Below, one piece after another: positions 40,301-53,408 of a stretch of DNA of 64,000 bases. Each line of letters begins with the position of its first letter. Position 1 is the stretch's first letter. The notes under the pieces were generated by a model. It saw only the letters and a program-made list of their open reading frames with translations. It did not search any database and was not told the DNA's origin. A program made the translations under genes and the position numbers. The stretch is from Balanoglossus misakiensis (taxonomy: Eukaryota; Animalia; Hemichordata), in the NCBI GenBank assembly GCA_040954595.2, contig CM082582.2, forward strand, positions 12,419,677-12,483,676, in the 5' to 3' direction.

Positions 40301-40855
40301 TGCATACTACATTTATCATGTAGAAATATCATAATTAATCACTCTATACTATAGGCGGTATAGCGTTTCCGTCCATCTTTTTACGATCAATTTTGTTTTT
40401 CGACTAAATGGATGCCATCACTATAGTCTGGAATGATGCGGGGAATAAGGTGATGATATTCTTAGCTACGTACCTCGGGTCCTCCTGTTGTCTGTATCAG
40501 TTCTCTGAAGAAAGCATCGAGTTCAGCATCCTCAATGTAGCCATTACCTGATTGAGTATAAAGATAGCACAAACGATGTCTATTTTCAGTGTCATTGAAA
40601 CACGGCAGGACTGAATCGACAGTGTGCAGTGCATTGTACGATCTTGAACTACAACTCTCTCACACAGAATCACAGTCAGCACAGAAATGTGGGATTAACA
40701 GCGTACATCAAAGATTGTGCATTGTAGGTGCATAAGCCTATATACCTGATATACCTACCGTCGACATCGTAGTGCTCCCAAACGGTCATGAAATCGTGAG
40801 CCGTGAGTTTTTTATTGATTTGGCGGGCTTTTGACATGATGTCCGAGGCGGCCAT
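19182..40855 (-). CDS. Calbindin/calretinin/Cbp53E (calbindin-32)-like hexa-EF-hand protein, 10 shared exons plus two alternative terminal exons (280 or 281 aa)
   Basis: Join (minus): 40759-40855, 40474-40547, 24527-24616, 24030-24116, 23770-23826, 23244-23321, 22780-22835, 22424-22463, 21203-21259, 20924-20995, then 19649-19783 or 19182-19319. All introns are GT-AG with consistent phases. Family motifs [39 protein letters not shown] and LLPVKENFL are present. Confidence 0.88.
19459..19464 (-). terminator. Candidate poly(A) signal AATAAA for exon 11a
   Basis: tttatt on the + strand, about 185 nt after the 11a stop and upstream of the 11b acceptor. Confidence 0.5.
19649..19783 (-). CDS. Calbindin-like terminal exon 11a
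   Basis: ttccag|ELAIKTLEDNVKALLEICDVNKDGTLQKDELRMVLCTGDRPGDE* (TGA), phase 0. Confidence 0.87.
   Translation of the reverse strand, partial: ELAIKTLEDNVKALLEICDVNKDGTLQKDELRMVLCTGDRPGDE
20924..20995 (-). CDS. Calbindin-like exon 10
   Basis: cag|[24 protein letters not shown]|gtatgt, 72 nt. Confidence 0.9.
21203..21259 (-). CDS. Calbindin-like exon 9
   Basis: cag|GKAVLTKKEFNRVFDHYDK|gtaagt, 57 nt. Confidence 0.9.
22424..22463 (-). CDS. Calbindin-like exon 8
   Basis: cag|(R)LLPVKENFLMRFE|gtaagt, 40 nt. Confidence 0.9.
22780..22835 (-). CDS. Calbindin-like exon 7
   Basis: tag|[18 protein letters not shown](R)|gtaat, 56 nt. Confidence 0.9.
23244..23321 (-). CDS. Calbindin-like exon 6
   Basis: cag|AFLADLLAKANASVPDDKLGEYTKAI|gtaagt, 78 nt. 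Confidence 0.9.
23770..23826 (-). CDS. Calbindin-like exon 5
   Basis: cag|[19 protein letters not shown]|gtagg, 57 nt. Confidence 0.9.
24030..24116 (-). CDS. Calbindin-like exon 4
   Basis: tag|[29 protein letters not shown]|gtgagt, 87 nt. Confidence 0.9.
24527..24616 (-). CDS. Calbindin-like exon 3
   Basis: cag|[30 protein letters not shown]|gttag, 90 nt. Confidence 0.9.
36610..36832. repeat. Degenerate minisatellite
   Basis: Recurring attgactgg(t/c)ccatgtcata.gat and ccaataatg...attattg blocks. Confidence 0.55.
38742..39200. mobile_element. Non-autonomous foldback DNA transposon (MITE), 459 bp, possibly AcademH-type
   Basis: TIRs at 38742-38896 and 39045-39200 differ only by one indel in an A/T run. 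Ends are TAGTCTCGG...CCGAGACTA. The direct repeat TAAGCGCTCT at 38732-38741 and 39201-39210 is the TSD. The superfamily assignment is inference. Confidence 0.9.
40474..40547 (-). CDS. Calbindin-like exon 2
   Basis: cag|(G)[24 protein letters not shown]|gtacgt, 74 nt. Confidence 0.9.
40759..40855 (-). CDS. Calbindin-like exon 1
   Basis: MAASDIMSKARQINKKLTAHDFMTVWEHYDVD+G|gtaggt, phase 1. Confidence 0.88.
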
Positions 40856-43800
40856 GATGGATGAAAATTCTCCAAAATGCTAACAGTCAAGCAGACACAA
40901 ATCTATCTAGGTGCTAAGAGACCTGGTTGGGATGTACGTCCTCGTTGGTGGATATGCAGCAGACTGTATGGTACTGCCCGTGCGGCTAGCCTAGGTTTCT
41001 GTCATTTACATTATTAATACAGTCATACAAGCCTCACTGCGCATGTCCAATAATTCTCTGCAATTGTCGACAGGCAAAAAAAACCCCGGATGATGTGTCG
41101 ACAGGTGTGGGCACGTCACGTGAATATAAAAAACGCCCAGGAATGACAATATGAATGCTGATATCGGCAGTACTTATGTGAAAATGTATTAATAGCGGCA
41201 AGTCAAACATACAATCACACCAGGCCGTTCTTTCTGCTATATTCAAATCGTCATAATTCATACGTGCTGTCGAAGGTAACCATATTATGTGGGTGTGCCG
41301 TCTTATTATATTTTTTAAATTATTAATAAAACCTCATTGGAAATGCTATGGCACAATGTCAATTTACGATTAAACCAGAAAATAGATACAAAAAAATCAG
41401 TAAACGTCAGCTAAGGTTTGTGAAAATTAACGAATGCTTTCCAACAACATGTCGGATTAAACGAAGCATATTTTTCGCCCAGGAATATTTACCTAGTTAA
41501 AATATCGATTTCTTGTTCAAAGCCAACGAAGCGAATGCATTACCAGAATAATGATCGTGTATCTGTAATGTGATATATCACTCCACTGAATTAGGCCTAT
41601 ACAGAGTCGGAAAAAATAGGAACATTGGATGGATTTATTATCAGGACATAGTCGTGTAAATCCTGTCGCTCGGTTTATCATGCATAACTCGAACGATGAC
41701 ATGCTGGGCTTGGCTTTATACAGTTGACAGACATCTTTCAGAGTCTAGTTGATGAATCTATGCATATATTTATACAATCGCACAGGGACACGCCCACTCA
41801 TACATCGATATTTTTCTCTCTCCAAACTGTGACAATACATCGAAGCAAAACCCTTTCTGATGACAGAAATGTTCATTTAAACTGGTTGTACCGGGGGGAA
41901 AACTGAGGATACTAATTAACTTTTTTTAAGAAAAGGGGTTACAGATTCTAGTTCACAAAATTTATTAGTGATAATTTAAAAGATTCATTCAACCAAATTC
42001 CCGAGTCTGTGGAAATAGACGTCATTGACCCCTCAAAATGTAATAACATCGCGGTATGCAGGTAGCTCCGTAAACGACAGGCTTTCATCATTATGGCGTC
42101 TGTTGCTATGGTAATAGCTTGTATGTACATGTATGCGGTATGTATGCGTGTATATGTATGTGCGCGCGTGTGTGTGCGTGATCCATATAAGTAAAAAGGC
42201 ATGTTAGCGCTTTGTAATACCGTATGTCGATAGGCCTAACATTGGTGCCTCTCAGACGAAGTACTCAGTTGATAATATATCGGATGAAAGCCACGGAACT
42301 TGAAGAATGTTCTTTTACTAAGGAGACGGTCACTTGGGCAACAATTTGACACGCAATTGCACATTTCGAACAGAAGTCAACTCAATTGGCGCTCATTTTA
42401 GATTCACAATGACTGAAATTATGCCCAGTAATGTAGTTAGCGAATCATGCCAAACGTCTAAAACAATAGATTGGTTATTCAACCTGAGAAATCAAGAATG
42501 AGAACGTGATTGGCTTTCATTGCAGATCATTTGGTGAGGGAAACATCTGCGCCAAGCTACGTCACAACCTCGTTCAAGAGCAAGAAAGACATCTCTGTGC
42601 TGGAAGCAAGACGTCACTTGACCCCGTCGGTTTAAGTACACCTCTTCACGAAGATGATATCAATCTCACTTGACAACTGAAATGTTCATTTCCCTGGATG
42701 AGAGGTACGATGCTCCATTTTTTTTACCGATGCCCACGAGCTGGTCATGGCTGTAGCAGGTTTCTGCTGAAAGAAAGTAATCCTATAGATTAATGGAATA
42801 CAAGATACTTGAGCGGAGAGTACTTATGATGAGAAAAACAAGGATCAAATAAACCGACAAGACAGACCAATTAAAATTGTCCAATGTATGGCCAGGAATA
42901 TAAATTAGGTTACCGCATGATTACACCACTAAGGTACCATTATCAAACTTGTGGGTTCGTTTACAGGTGATGTAAAGATTATAGCGATAGTCATTATATG
43001 ATAGACAACTAAGTTTCATACTTGCAATTTAGTTCATAGGTTTAAACTTTAACACGTACATGTATATGCCAAATATAGCCTCTAGTTGTCAGTATATACA
43101 TGTTTGTCCAAAAATACTTCACCATACTGTCTGTGTCTCGTGATCTTTTTCTTTGATTCTGTAAAGGTGTTTCGTGATCGTGATAATTCCAACGGGTGTA
43201 CGAGACGAGAATATTTGTCAAGTCGTGCACTGTTTGGTCCGACAATATATTAGCTGATGATAAATATTCTCAAGGTCTTATTAACTATTAAGTCGATAAT
43301 CAATATTAGCATTTTTTCTGTTATATCATATATCAGTATGTTTCCGTCGACGATGTTTGATATCATCGATCTCAAGCGCGGAGAAACGAGTTTCCAATTC
43401 GAGGAATGTTCGACAGTATATGTTCGATAAAACGTGTAAAATTATACGTGAGGTTTTTGCGTGCTCAAGGACGTATATATAGACGAGTCTGCGGTCATCA
43501 ATGGTGCTAATATTCTCATTTGCATATCACTAAGTATTAATATTACAACAAATAAATGGCCGTGCAGACAATCGGTTGTCTGGGTGATAATTACCTTTAA
43601 TCGCTTCCCGCTGAGTTCAGTCGCATGCGGAAAATGTTTCACTACCAGCACACTATGGTGGGTGATAAATATACGCTACAATTTTTCTTACGTGATGACT
43701 GAAGGATGAAATCATCTTGATTACTAATGTCCTTAAGATGTAGCTGACGTTGATCATACTTGGAAATTCAGGGTACAATTTGGCCGCCGAAGTTATTTCT

Positions 43801-44627
43801 TAAATAATCAATGTGTATACTTAGGCTTGGCAGAAATGTGCAAATGTCAACTGAGGCTTCGTTCTATATGTACTCTGTCAATTATGCAGGGTACCATTAC
43901 ATTGCATGTAACAAACGAATTTCAATTACTGGTACATCAAATGCTTCGTTTTACAATAATTTGGCTGAAATAATTCTAACAAGTCTAAGTAAGGCCCACT
44001 GTTTTCTTAACCGAAAGGGGATATTGTATAGGATATATCTTGTTTTTTACCACGGAAGTAAAATAAATTGAGTCTATATTAAATTCCCTTAATTTTTTTG
44101 CTTTGGTTGATAAAATGATTATAGAGATTCAGGTGCCTTATGTTTTTCGCTGGAAGTGTACTAACGTTATAGTATACTCATATTTGCTGCAAGGTGAATT
44201 TGATAATACACGCGTTTAAGCCAACACTTGCTTGGCATCAGCGCAAACAAGATTGCCAGCAGCCTCACTTCTCCAATATTTACATTCGATCCTCAACAGG
44301 ATAGAATAAACCTCCGTCGAACCACGAACTTCTTGACCTTTAATTTCCTGTTTCATGAATATCAGGGTGCCGCAATATGTCATTCTAGTCGGGAACCAGA
44401 TCACCCAAATTACCGTGACTGGAGAGAGAAAAAAATACAGTCAATGCCAGAGAACGCATTGCTTTGAAATAGCGGGTTTATTAATTTCCCCGAAGGAATA
44501 ATATGGACTCTGAATGCACTGCCCTGTCGAGAAACTTTGTAATCATTACCTGCCAGGGGTAGAATAGAGTCAGCTTCAATATAGATTGTGCATTTGGTTG
44601 ATTGCCACCCAAAGCATAATGTTCATA

Positions 44628-44628
44628 C

Positions 44629-44714
<86 letters not shown>
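44628..44714. repeat. (CTGT)n microsatellite, about 21 units
   Basis: Perfect tetranucleotide run. Confidence 0.97.
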
Positions 44715-44715
<1 letters not shown>

Positions 44716-47700
44716 GTCTGCCTGTGTAAAAGTCCTTTATATCATTATCCTCTGTGGTCACAAAATGAATATCGTGAATTATTTATTCCAGAACAGTGCA
44801 AATCTACTAAATCATTGTAGTGACATTGATGTAAGATAATTAGCACAGATATGTACGTGACATGAACATCATTTACATTACTAATGATGCTAGCAGGATA
44901 AGCTCAATACCATATCACTTAGGACCGAAGGGCATGGTTAACTAATAAAGGTCTCTCGACTAATTAATATGCAATAACAGATAATTCTACCTAGGTCGGT
45001 GGAATTTTTGAAATATTGATATTTCAAGAATCAGATAGAGCTGATACCATTTCAATAATTAAAACGTGAATATTCATCAATATTTGTCTAAACCTTATCT
45101 AAATCAAGAGCAAGCATAAACGTGGTGATCTAATTGTTGGTATGACGTGAATATTAGGAATGTTAATGTATATATTTCTGGTCAAATAAGCGATCAGTCA
45201 TAATTGACGAGCTTGACATAATTCATTGAAGTTTCTCAATGTGAAAGGACATAACGCTCGATTTTGATGACCTTTCGTGACCTATATATGCACTTGCATG
45301 GCATCATAAGGTTTGTGGTCAACAACCTATTAGACCACAAGATTTAAGCCATCCACAAAATCACTTCGTTTACTGTTGAACTAATCTTACAATCCTGGTA
45401 TCAGTCAATGTGAGGTGAGTGTTGAAGCTAGGGAATACACATAGTTGATGAGGCTACAATACGCACAGTGAATACATTACACGGAATTCCGCAGCTGGAG
45501 TGTATATGGTGAATGTATTGATATCCACATCACGTTGAGTGAGGCGTTTGCGGGAATGCAGCTGTGTATGTGGTGTTAAGTGACTTTTCGCGGGGCCTTC
45601 GCCAAGTGATCTGACTTCGTCAATACACTGCGCATGCGGTATTATTGGATTTAGACCCTTTCCTCGGTTGTCCCATCATGCACCTCTGTGGCAGCTCAAT
45701 TAAGAAGTGCATATTGTATTTGAAAACGTATGGTATAGGAATATATTATGTATTATTGCTATATGAATTTCAATGCTGGTTGCCATGGTATTATGGTGTG
45801 TGTTCACTAAGCTTGCACGCTAGAGCGACATGTTAGTGCTTAGAATCGACGACGATTCTGTTCCAATATCAGGTTACCTTCATCTTGGCTCCAATTATCA
45901 ATTCTTAGTCTAAATGACTGCTACATATTAACATTGGTTGGATTTTACGTGAAATTGGATTAGCTCTAAACAATTTATCATCATTCTGTATATTGCTGTA
46001 AAAGTCAATTTAGAGCCAGTAATAAGATATTGATAGGCTGCCACGTGATCCACAGAGAATCAGTTTCTTGTTCTTGAGATGCTTGCTTGTTTTGCAGTGA
46101 TGTTTCCAACATGGATTTTTTATCTTTGATCTATTGAAGACTGCTTCTTAGGGTTTGAAAAATAAGAACAGACCGTTGGTGTGATAATAGTTATTTCATA
46201 GCATTGCATGTTACGAAACTCGGCAAATCTGCTAATGATGGTGATAAAAGTCACGAATAAAAGGGATGGGCACCTCCATGTAATCCCCAGCAGGCAAATC
46301 GCAGACTTCAAATGCTTTACGTATACCGCACTAAGGCGGCGTTCACACACGGATCGGGGGAGGGGGGTAGGAGATTTGAGTAATATGACATTACTGATGT
46401 CAAGGGGACCTGAAAAAAACGGGGGCTCAAACATATTGAAGTCCGGCAAGAGAGAATCATTTCAATGTCATTCAAATTATCATGAGCAGGAAGGGTACTG
46501 GAAAAAAAAATTAAAGTACCAGGGTATCTTTAAGGGGGAATTTCTCCCCTATCTCCCACCCCAGAGATGTTTGTGAATGTTGCCTTACGAGTACAGCATA
46601 TAATGAAGTGAGAATGTGAACAACACTAATGGGCAAAGCTCGACCTGTTAAAGACACGCATAGCAGTAAATCGGCGATGATGTTATGGGTGTCTTTATAA
46701 TCCACGTATTAAAATGTCTTATTATATTTTGACAGGTCATCATAGACAGATCGCGTTTTTGGTCTTCGTGTGTGTGTCTTCGAGATCGACGAATGTGATA
46801 TGATCTCAATTAATTCACTAAGCTTTCGGTTAAGGATGACAGCATCACATTAATTATATCATCTTGTTATCTCGTCATATTATCTCGTAAAGTTACAGCC
46901 AGTGCCCCTTTAAATTTAAAGGGAATTTTAACATTGAAAAAATGACAGTCATTCGGACAAAAGCACTTGCATTGCCGTTGGGTGGTTGCAGATTATCCCA
47001 GCTGCATGATGTGTGCGTACTGAATAAACGTGCGACAGTCGTATCAAGTAACAACCTTTTCCATCAAATCACCCATTTTAAAAACTAACTACTTACCCTT
47101 AAAGTTAAACTAAACGAAGCTATAATAGGCTAGCTTTCACTTTCGTGTTCTCTTTAGTTCAACACACTTAGCACCGTTTCAGGCAAATATTGCCTTTCTT
47201 GCCCGATTCGTGTATTTAGGTCATCCTCTATAAGACACCTGCGCAGCTCAGATGTCTGATTGGCGAAAAGGGGGTTGAGAAACAATTTCGTCGACTGTCT
47301 GTAAATATGGTGTATCCATTTACACTAACGTTAACGTCAATACCCATTGCAGTGAGCTTTCGCAGTTACATATTTACTTTATAAGGAATACATGTATGTA
47401 GGCTATCGCGTACGATCAGTCAACTAAACGGCAGAAATCATCGTGGAGAATTTCTGCATTCCATTTAGCTGTGTACATTAAGTCAAGGTCATATTAAACG
47501 AGCGCTGTTGATTCGATGATTCAAACACGTGCTATCTATTCAGCGTTGACCTAACGAAAGAAACGTTAATTATCTTTGAATCAGGCCTTCTTGGCGACTG
47601 GGGAAATGCCAGCAAATATAACGTTTATAAAGGAGAGTGGGGCGGTTTACAGCGATGCTGTCCTACAGGGTCTATTTTCAATAGACTGTGAATGGCTCTT

Positions 47701-50367
47701 GATGAAGATAAAAATAGCGTCAAGGACACTATACGTCCACTTGATCAGTTGTAGGTGTTTGGGGTAAAATATCAGTTTTAGTTAAATTTTCTAATGAGAG
47801 TTTGGCACTTCCGCAGGTGTGAACTAATGAAATTCGCCCTAAACGGGCACATTGCGGCATAATGCAATATTTACAGGGCTATATTCATACTCCATGATGA
47901 TCATTGGATAGTTACATTGTATGTCGGAGAAATATGAGCTGTTTGGTCAAAGAAATGCCTTCAGCATAATGACACGATACTGTCAGTGGTGAAATAGGGA
48001 AAATGACAATAAGGCATGCACCGGAAATTGTTTTGCAAATTTTTGAGTGGCCTTCGACTAATTTTGCTCGTTCTTATTTGTTATACGTCTATATTAGGGA
48101 CCAAAACTGTTTCCAGATTTCGGGAAATCCTTGACCTACATTTGCATATCTCAGTACGGAGATGTTATTTTTATAGGCGCTGATAAAATACCAAATCCTG
48201 TTTCCTAATTTTCCTGCTTCTTCTGTCTACTGTGTTTTATCTGTGAAAATCAACAAGTCAGCAGAAACTTCGCACTGTCCATAAAATACATCATCAATAC
48301 TACTAGTATTTTATGCCACCCGGCAAAAATGAAGTCTTGTCTAGCTGACGCTGAATTTAATAATTGACTAAAGTGATGAATTGAAATATCATCCTGAACG
48401 CCTACGTAAAAAACAATATAGTTGATTGCATTCTCAATGCACATGCGCACAAATCTCCAGGTATAATAGAAAATGAAATGAAATGTTATAAATATATTGT
48501 TACAAGTCACTAGAAAGATAATGAAATCTTCTTCCCCAGGGATGTTCCTTGTTTGGACAAACAGGGAATATATAACATGTTTTAAGAATTTTCTTCTTCT
48601 GTTAATATTACATGGACTCTTCAGATGGTTTCAAATAATTGGAAAATAAAATAAAATGTTTCGCAAAGCCAAAGGATACGATGACAGAAAATTGCCATTT
48701 TTCAGAGAACGACACCAAAAGAAAAACTAGTTTCAGCGCATGACAAAAACAATGGAGTGTCTTAAATGTGGCCTATTCGAATGACCAGGACTTCTTCGAT
48801 TCTGTGCCCTTCTTATTCGAAGCTGGCCTCTAAATGCCAGACATGGATTTGAATTTCCTCTTGTATGATTAGTCGTTGTCAGACATTGATAACGCCAGTT
48901 GCATTAATGTGAGAGTACCGGTGTGGGCACAGATGACTCGTCCATCCGATCTTTACGAGAAAACTTCTAATGAGAAATGCCCATATATATTCAGTGCTCG
49001 TCGCTGTACTTTGCGCACATTTTCCATCACGCTTCATTGATATTCCAATCAGACAGGTTGCTTGCTTGCTGTCTCACTCGTTAAAGTATAAACAAACACA
49101 ATTTTTGTTTTTGCGTGAAAAATGGCACTTAAATGTGTACACTTTGGTCAATAAGGACCACGGACATGAAATTGGTTGTTCTTTATTCTGAATTAAAATA
49201 ATAGTTTTTATTTCGAGTGGTGACCAGCGATAATCTGTGGTTGGCTACTTATCAACTTTCCGTGATATTTTTGGCTCAATTTACATATGTGACTGCGTGT
49301 GTGAACCACTGGATGCAAGTGTTAATTTAATAGACTGGCGCCTCTTATATTTGCATAATGCGAAGAGGGTCAATCCCCGGATGAATGCTTGTAGCGCGAG
49401 AAACGCATTGAATAAATGATGTTATGTGGAATTACTTACGGAGCATTTTTCTGCCTATAACTAGACAGACACCAGATAAGACTCCATTTAATTTGATCAT
49501 CAGGTATAGTCAGATTAGTTGATGAGTGACCCTGATGGTTGACTGCAGAATTATTCACAAAAATATTATCTATGGCAACGTCACGAACGACTATCGCCCG
49601 TTGTCACGCAGCCACACCCATCGAGTGTACCAATCGAAGTTGTGGACACGTATTATTTTACACACCCGATGCATCCATTATGAAAACTAATCAGCCACGA
49701 TCAACTCTGTCTGTGCACACGTACCAAAAAGACACACCTGAAGGCAACGAGTGAGTTCCATGTGTCGCCGTGTTCTATTTTTGTACATGTGACGATAGCC
49801 AACCAATCACAGGAGTGTCTTTGTAAGATGTTATGGACTGTGGATAGATCAACGTGTCATTCTTGAATAAACTACAAAAAATGTTTGAATTGCTTTTTAT
49901 TTGTGGTATCGGTGGGACTGTGGTCAAGCCTCGTTGTTCAGCCATGGGCATTTCTAAATACCTTTTGTCTGTGCATAGGCGTTTTTATTAGGAAAAAAGG
50001 TGTCACCTAGTGGATAATATGTGTCCCTTTATTGACTCGCACTGAAGTTAGTACATGTATGCTATAAGCCAATGACAGATTAATAATTGAGACGGGCATT
50101 TTATTACCCGCGCTCCGATTGACATCTTTTGTGTGACGTCACAATACGACATGTTATCCGCCTATTAACTCCAAGAATTGTCATGGCAACGTTGAGAGTC
50201 GATCACGCTATGAAAGTTCACCTGTCGTATCATTAAAATATCAACCTGAAGATGAATATGCATGAGTTTGCTACCTGGTACATGTATTCCCAAATGACAT
50301 ATCTGTCAACTGTCTGTATGCCATGCACGATCCATTCACTGTCAGTTGCACCTTTGATCTTCGTTAG

Positions 50368-50425
50368 GACTGACTGACTGACTGACTGACTGACTGACTG
50401 AATGAATGAATGAATGAATGAATGA
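50368..50425. repeat. Compound microsatellite (GACT)n(GAAT)n
   Basis: A gact run switches directly into a gaat run. Confidence 0.95.
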
Positions 50426-52141
50426 CCCTCTACAGGCGAGAATGACGAAAAGTCGCTGTTGCTAAAAGGCAATAGAGCGCCATCCTCCACCGAACTGTTT
50501 TACTGTACTGTTCAAAGAATACGGAAAGCATTAAGATCTTTCAATGCAAATATTTTCATGCACTTTACACCCAATCAATGCTGCTTTGGTCCTTTTATTC
50601 AGGTTGAGTATGTTGTGTGAGACATTGTTATCTGCTCTTATGTAAGCTGTTTACATTGTTGAAAGAGCGCCATCTGCGACCATGCAGACTTTCACATAAC
50701 GAAACCCGCCACCATGATTGCCCAGCGCCGAGTTCATATCACCAATGTCACTATGGTAACACAGTTCTCTGAACATTGGCAAAGACCAAGCTGATGTAAA
50801 GGGTCAAACTCCTTAATGTGGAGAGAGGTCTGCTCTACATTATATTGATCAGCACGTTTAAGTTTAAAAGTAAACAAGGAAGGTCTCATAATTGAAGAGG
50901 GGTCGAGGACCAGATAAGCGGGGTGAAGTACATTGACAAATTGATGGTAAAAATTATTCGCATTGTACAAAAATTGCCCGTGATGATGGATAACACTCTG
51001 GCCTAGTCTTAACAGATTTCATTTATTGTGCAATATTTATACCATGACTTGGAATAAAATAGGTTCGACGAAGTTTTTTATTATGAAAACTCCGGGCCGT
51101 TATGCATTATTCCCTGACAAAAGAGAATATTCATGTTTTTCGTTTCTCCTTTTTCGATAGTTGAAATGCATGGTCTGGTCTTTCCACCCGACAAAAAGAG
51201 TCACAATACCAATATTTAATTGTAAAAAAAATTCTGAAGAAAATTGTTTTCTTTTTTCATAACAGCACTTTTGATGAGGGTCATATGACTTGAGACGCTG
51301 CAGAGCGATCGTTTTCTTCAGCTTCGAAGAATTAAACAAGCTCGTTGCTGATTGGTTCGTGTCACCTGGACTTCTTGGACATGGAAATTATCGGCTAACA
51401 TCCGGGCATTTTCGTAAAAGACTGACGACCACGCTGTTCAGTGCAAGTGGGCTTCATCTTGATGCGGGGCGCAGACAACTCAACACCAGAGTTTCTGCGC
51501 TGTTTTTTTGCTGTAAAGGCCACGGTAAGTAAAGTTACAGAAGTAGACACAATTACTCAGTTATTAACGAGAACTATGTGCTATTTTGTGGCGAGTAACG
51601 GGACAACCAAGTCCACGTCCGACGAGCACTGAAAAAGAACATGCGGCAGTCAAACAGCTCGCTCGACTCATTGTTTCGCTGCGTTTCAATTAACACATTC
51701 CACTCTTTGCCGTTAATCAACCCGCTGAGATGCACGGTTTATTACATGTATTCGGTGTTAAAACTCTTTACCGGCGCGGTGGGCGGCAGACGTTTTGTTT
51801 CGTGTTCATGGGCATAAGACATTCACTTCAACGTACTTCTACTTGTTTTGCAGATGGACTGATAACGATATCCAGCAACCAAGCCGAGGCCGCCATGCAG
51901 CTGTAACTGGGCGAGGCTAGTGGATGGGCGTCGACGACCACTGGATGCTATGATGTTACAAGCCTGATGAACAAGTAAGCCATATTTACATGTATAGATA
52001 GTAAGTGATATAGACATAAAATCCCCGGTGGGCCCTTCCCCCTGACCGTCCGTTTAATATAACTAATAGTAGGGTTTTAACAGATGTGTAATCTTAGTCG
52101 TCCACAACTCAATAAAAGTTTAATTAAAAACTATAGTAGTA

Positions 52142-52780
52142 TAACCTGGGAGTGGTTTATTTGTACCGATCATCTTCGCGCTCGCATGTCTGCTAGGCTG
52201 GTTAGGAGATATGTAATCTTTTCACCCTCAATTCGAGTAAAATTATTAAAATAATATTTGTGTAACCTGGGAGTGGTTTATTTGTACCGATCATCTTCGC
52301 GCTCGTATGTCTGCTAGGCTGTTTAGGAGATTTGTAATCTTTTCACCCTCAATTCGAATAAAATTATTAAAACATATTTGTGTAAACTGGGAGTGGTTCA
52401 TTTGTACCGATCATCTTCGCGCTCGCATGTCTGCTAGGCTGTTTAGGAGATTTGTAATCTTTTCACCCTCAATTCGAATAAAATTATTAAAAAATATTTG
52501 TGTAAACTGGGAGTTGTTCATTTGTACCGGTCATCTTCGCTCGCTCGTACATATGTCAGTCAGTCTGTTTTTGAGATTTGTAATCTTTCACCCTCAATTC
52601 GAATAAAAGTATTTAAAAAAATATTTGTGTAAACTGGGATTGGTTCATTTGTACCTGCCATCCTCGTGCGTGCGTTTGTTAATCTGTTTCGAGATTTGTA
52701 ATATTTTATCTGGTTCCCTTACTCCAATAAAAATTTATTTTAAAGATATATACTAGTATAAATAACATGGGAGTGGTTTA
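52142..52780. repeat. Tandem repeat with a unit of about 120 bp, about 5 copies, decaying rightwards
   Basis: ctgggagtggtt(t/c)atttgtacc... starts at about 52146, 52267, 52387, 52507 and 52634. Confidence 0.92.
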
Positions 52781-53408
52781 CGAAACTACTCCAATGTTAC
52801 ATAAGAGTATTGGCACCTGCCTCCTCACGTGTTTGGTTGTCTGTTTGCCCGAGTCTGTTATTCAAGTAAAATAAGTTGTGTACTTTCCAAAGTTTTTTTG
52901 AGATCTGTATTTTTCCACTGCTACAATATTTTTAAATAATTTCCTCCAGTCTTTTGTAATTGTACTTTTTGTATTTTGTATTCATTACGATTAGCCCCAA
53001 TGTACAGGGGGTCTAATAGTATTTCATTTACTTACAATGTCTTAGTTTAATTCTTGAACCCATTAGATAACTGGAGATAACATGTATATTTTATTGACTG
53101 AAATGTATTTTATTAAGAAACATGAAAAATGTATTTTTCGTCGCTGTTTATTATAATGTTTAAAGATGATTATAATGTAAACATGTATTGATTTTACAAG
53201 TTGTATTTCATTCCAGTGTATCAGATTGATTGTTTTCGTCATGTTAAGTCCACAGAAAGTATTGTATATCCTCTTTTGTTTGTGATCTCGAAGTTTTGAA
53301 TTTGTTTATTTAAATACTTCTATTTTCAATAAAAATACAATGGAACGAAAGATTTAACTCGTGTCTGTATTGTTTTTTATTCAACCGATACTAAAATAAT
53401 TATTGGAA

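Noticed and set aside
44576-44839. ORFs with RQTD and LSVC repeats
   Set aside because: They are translations of the (CTGT)n microsatellite.
42526-51530. Isolated plus-strand exon-like pieces (acceptor near 42525, donor near 51525)
   Set aside because: They give no coherent frame or homology; they could be lncRNA or chance splice motifs.
52307-52606. 99-aa ORF with an internal 40-aa repeat
   Set aside because: It is a translation of the 120-bp tandem repeat.
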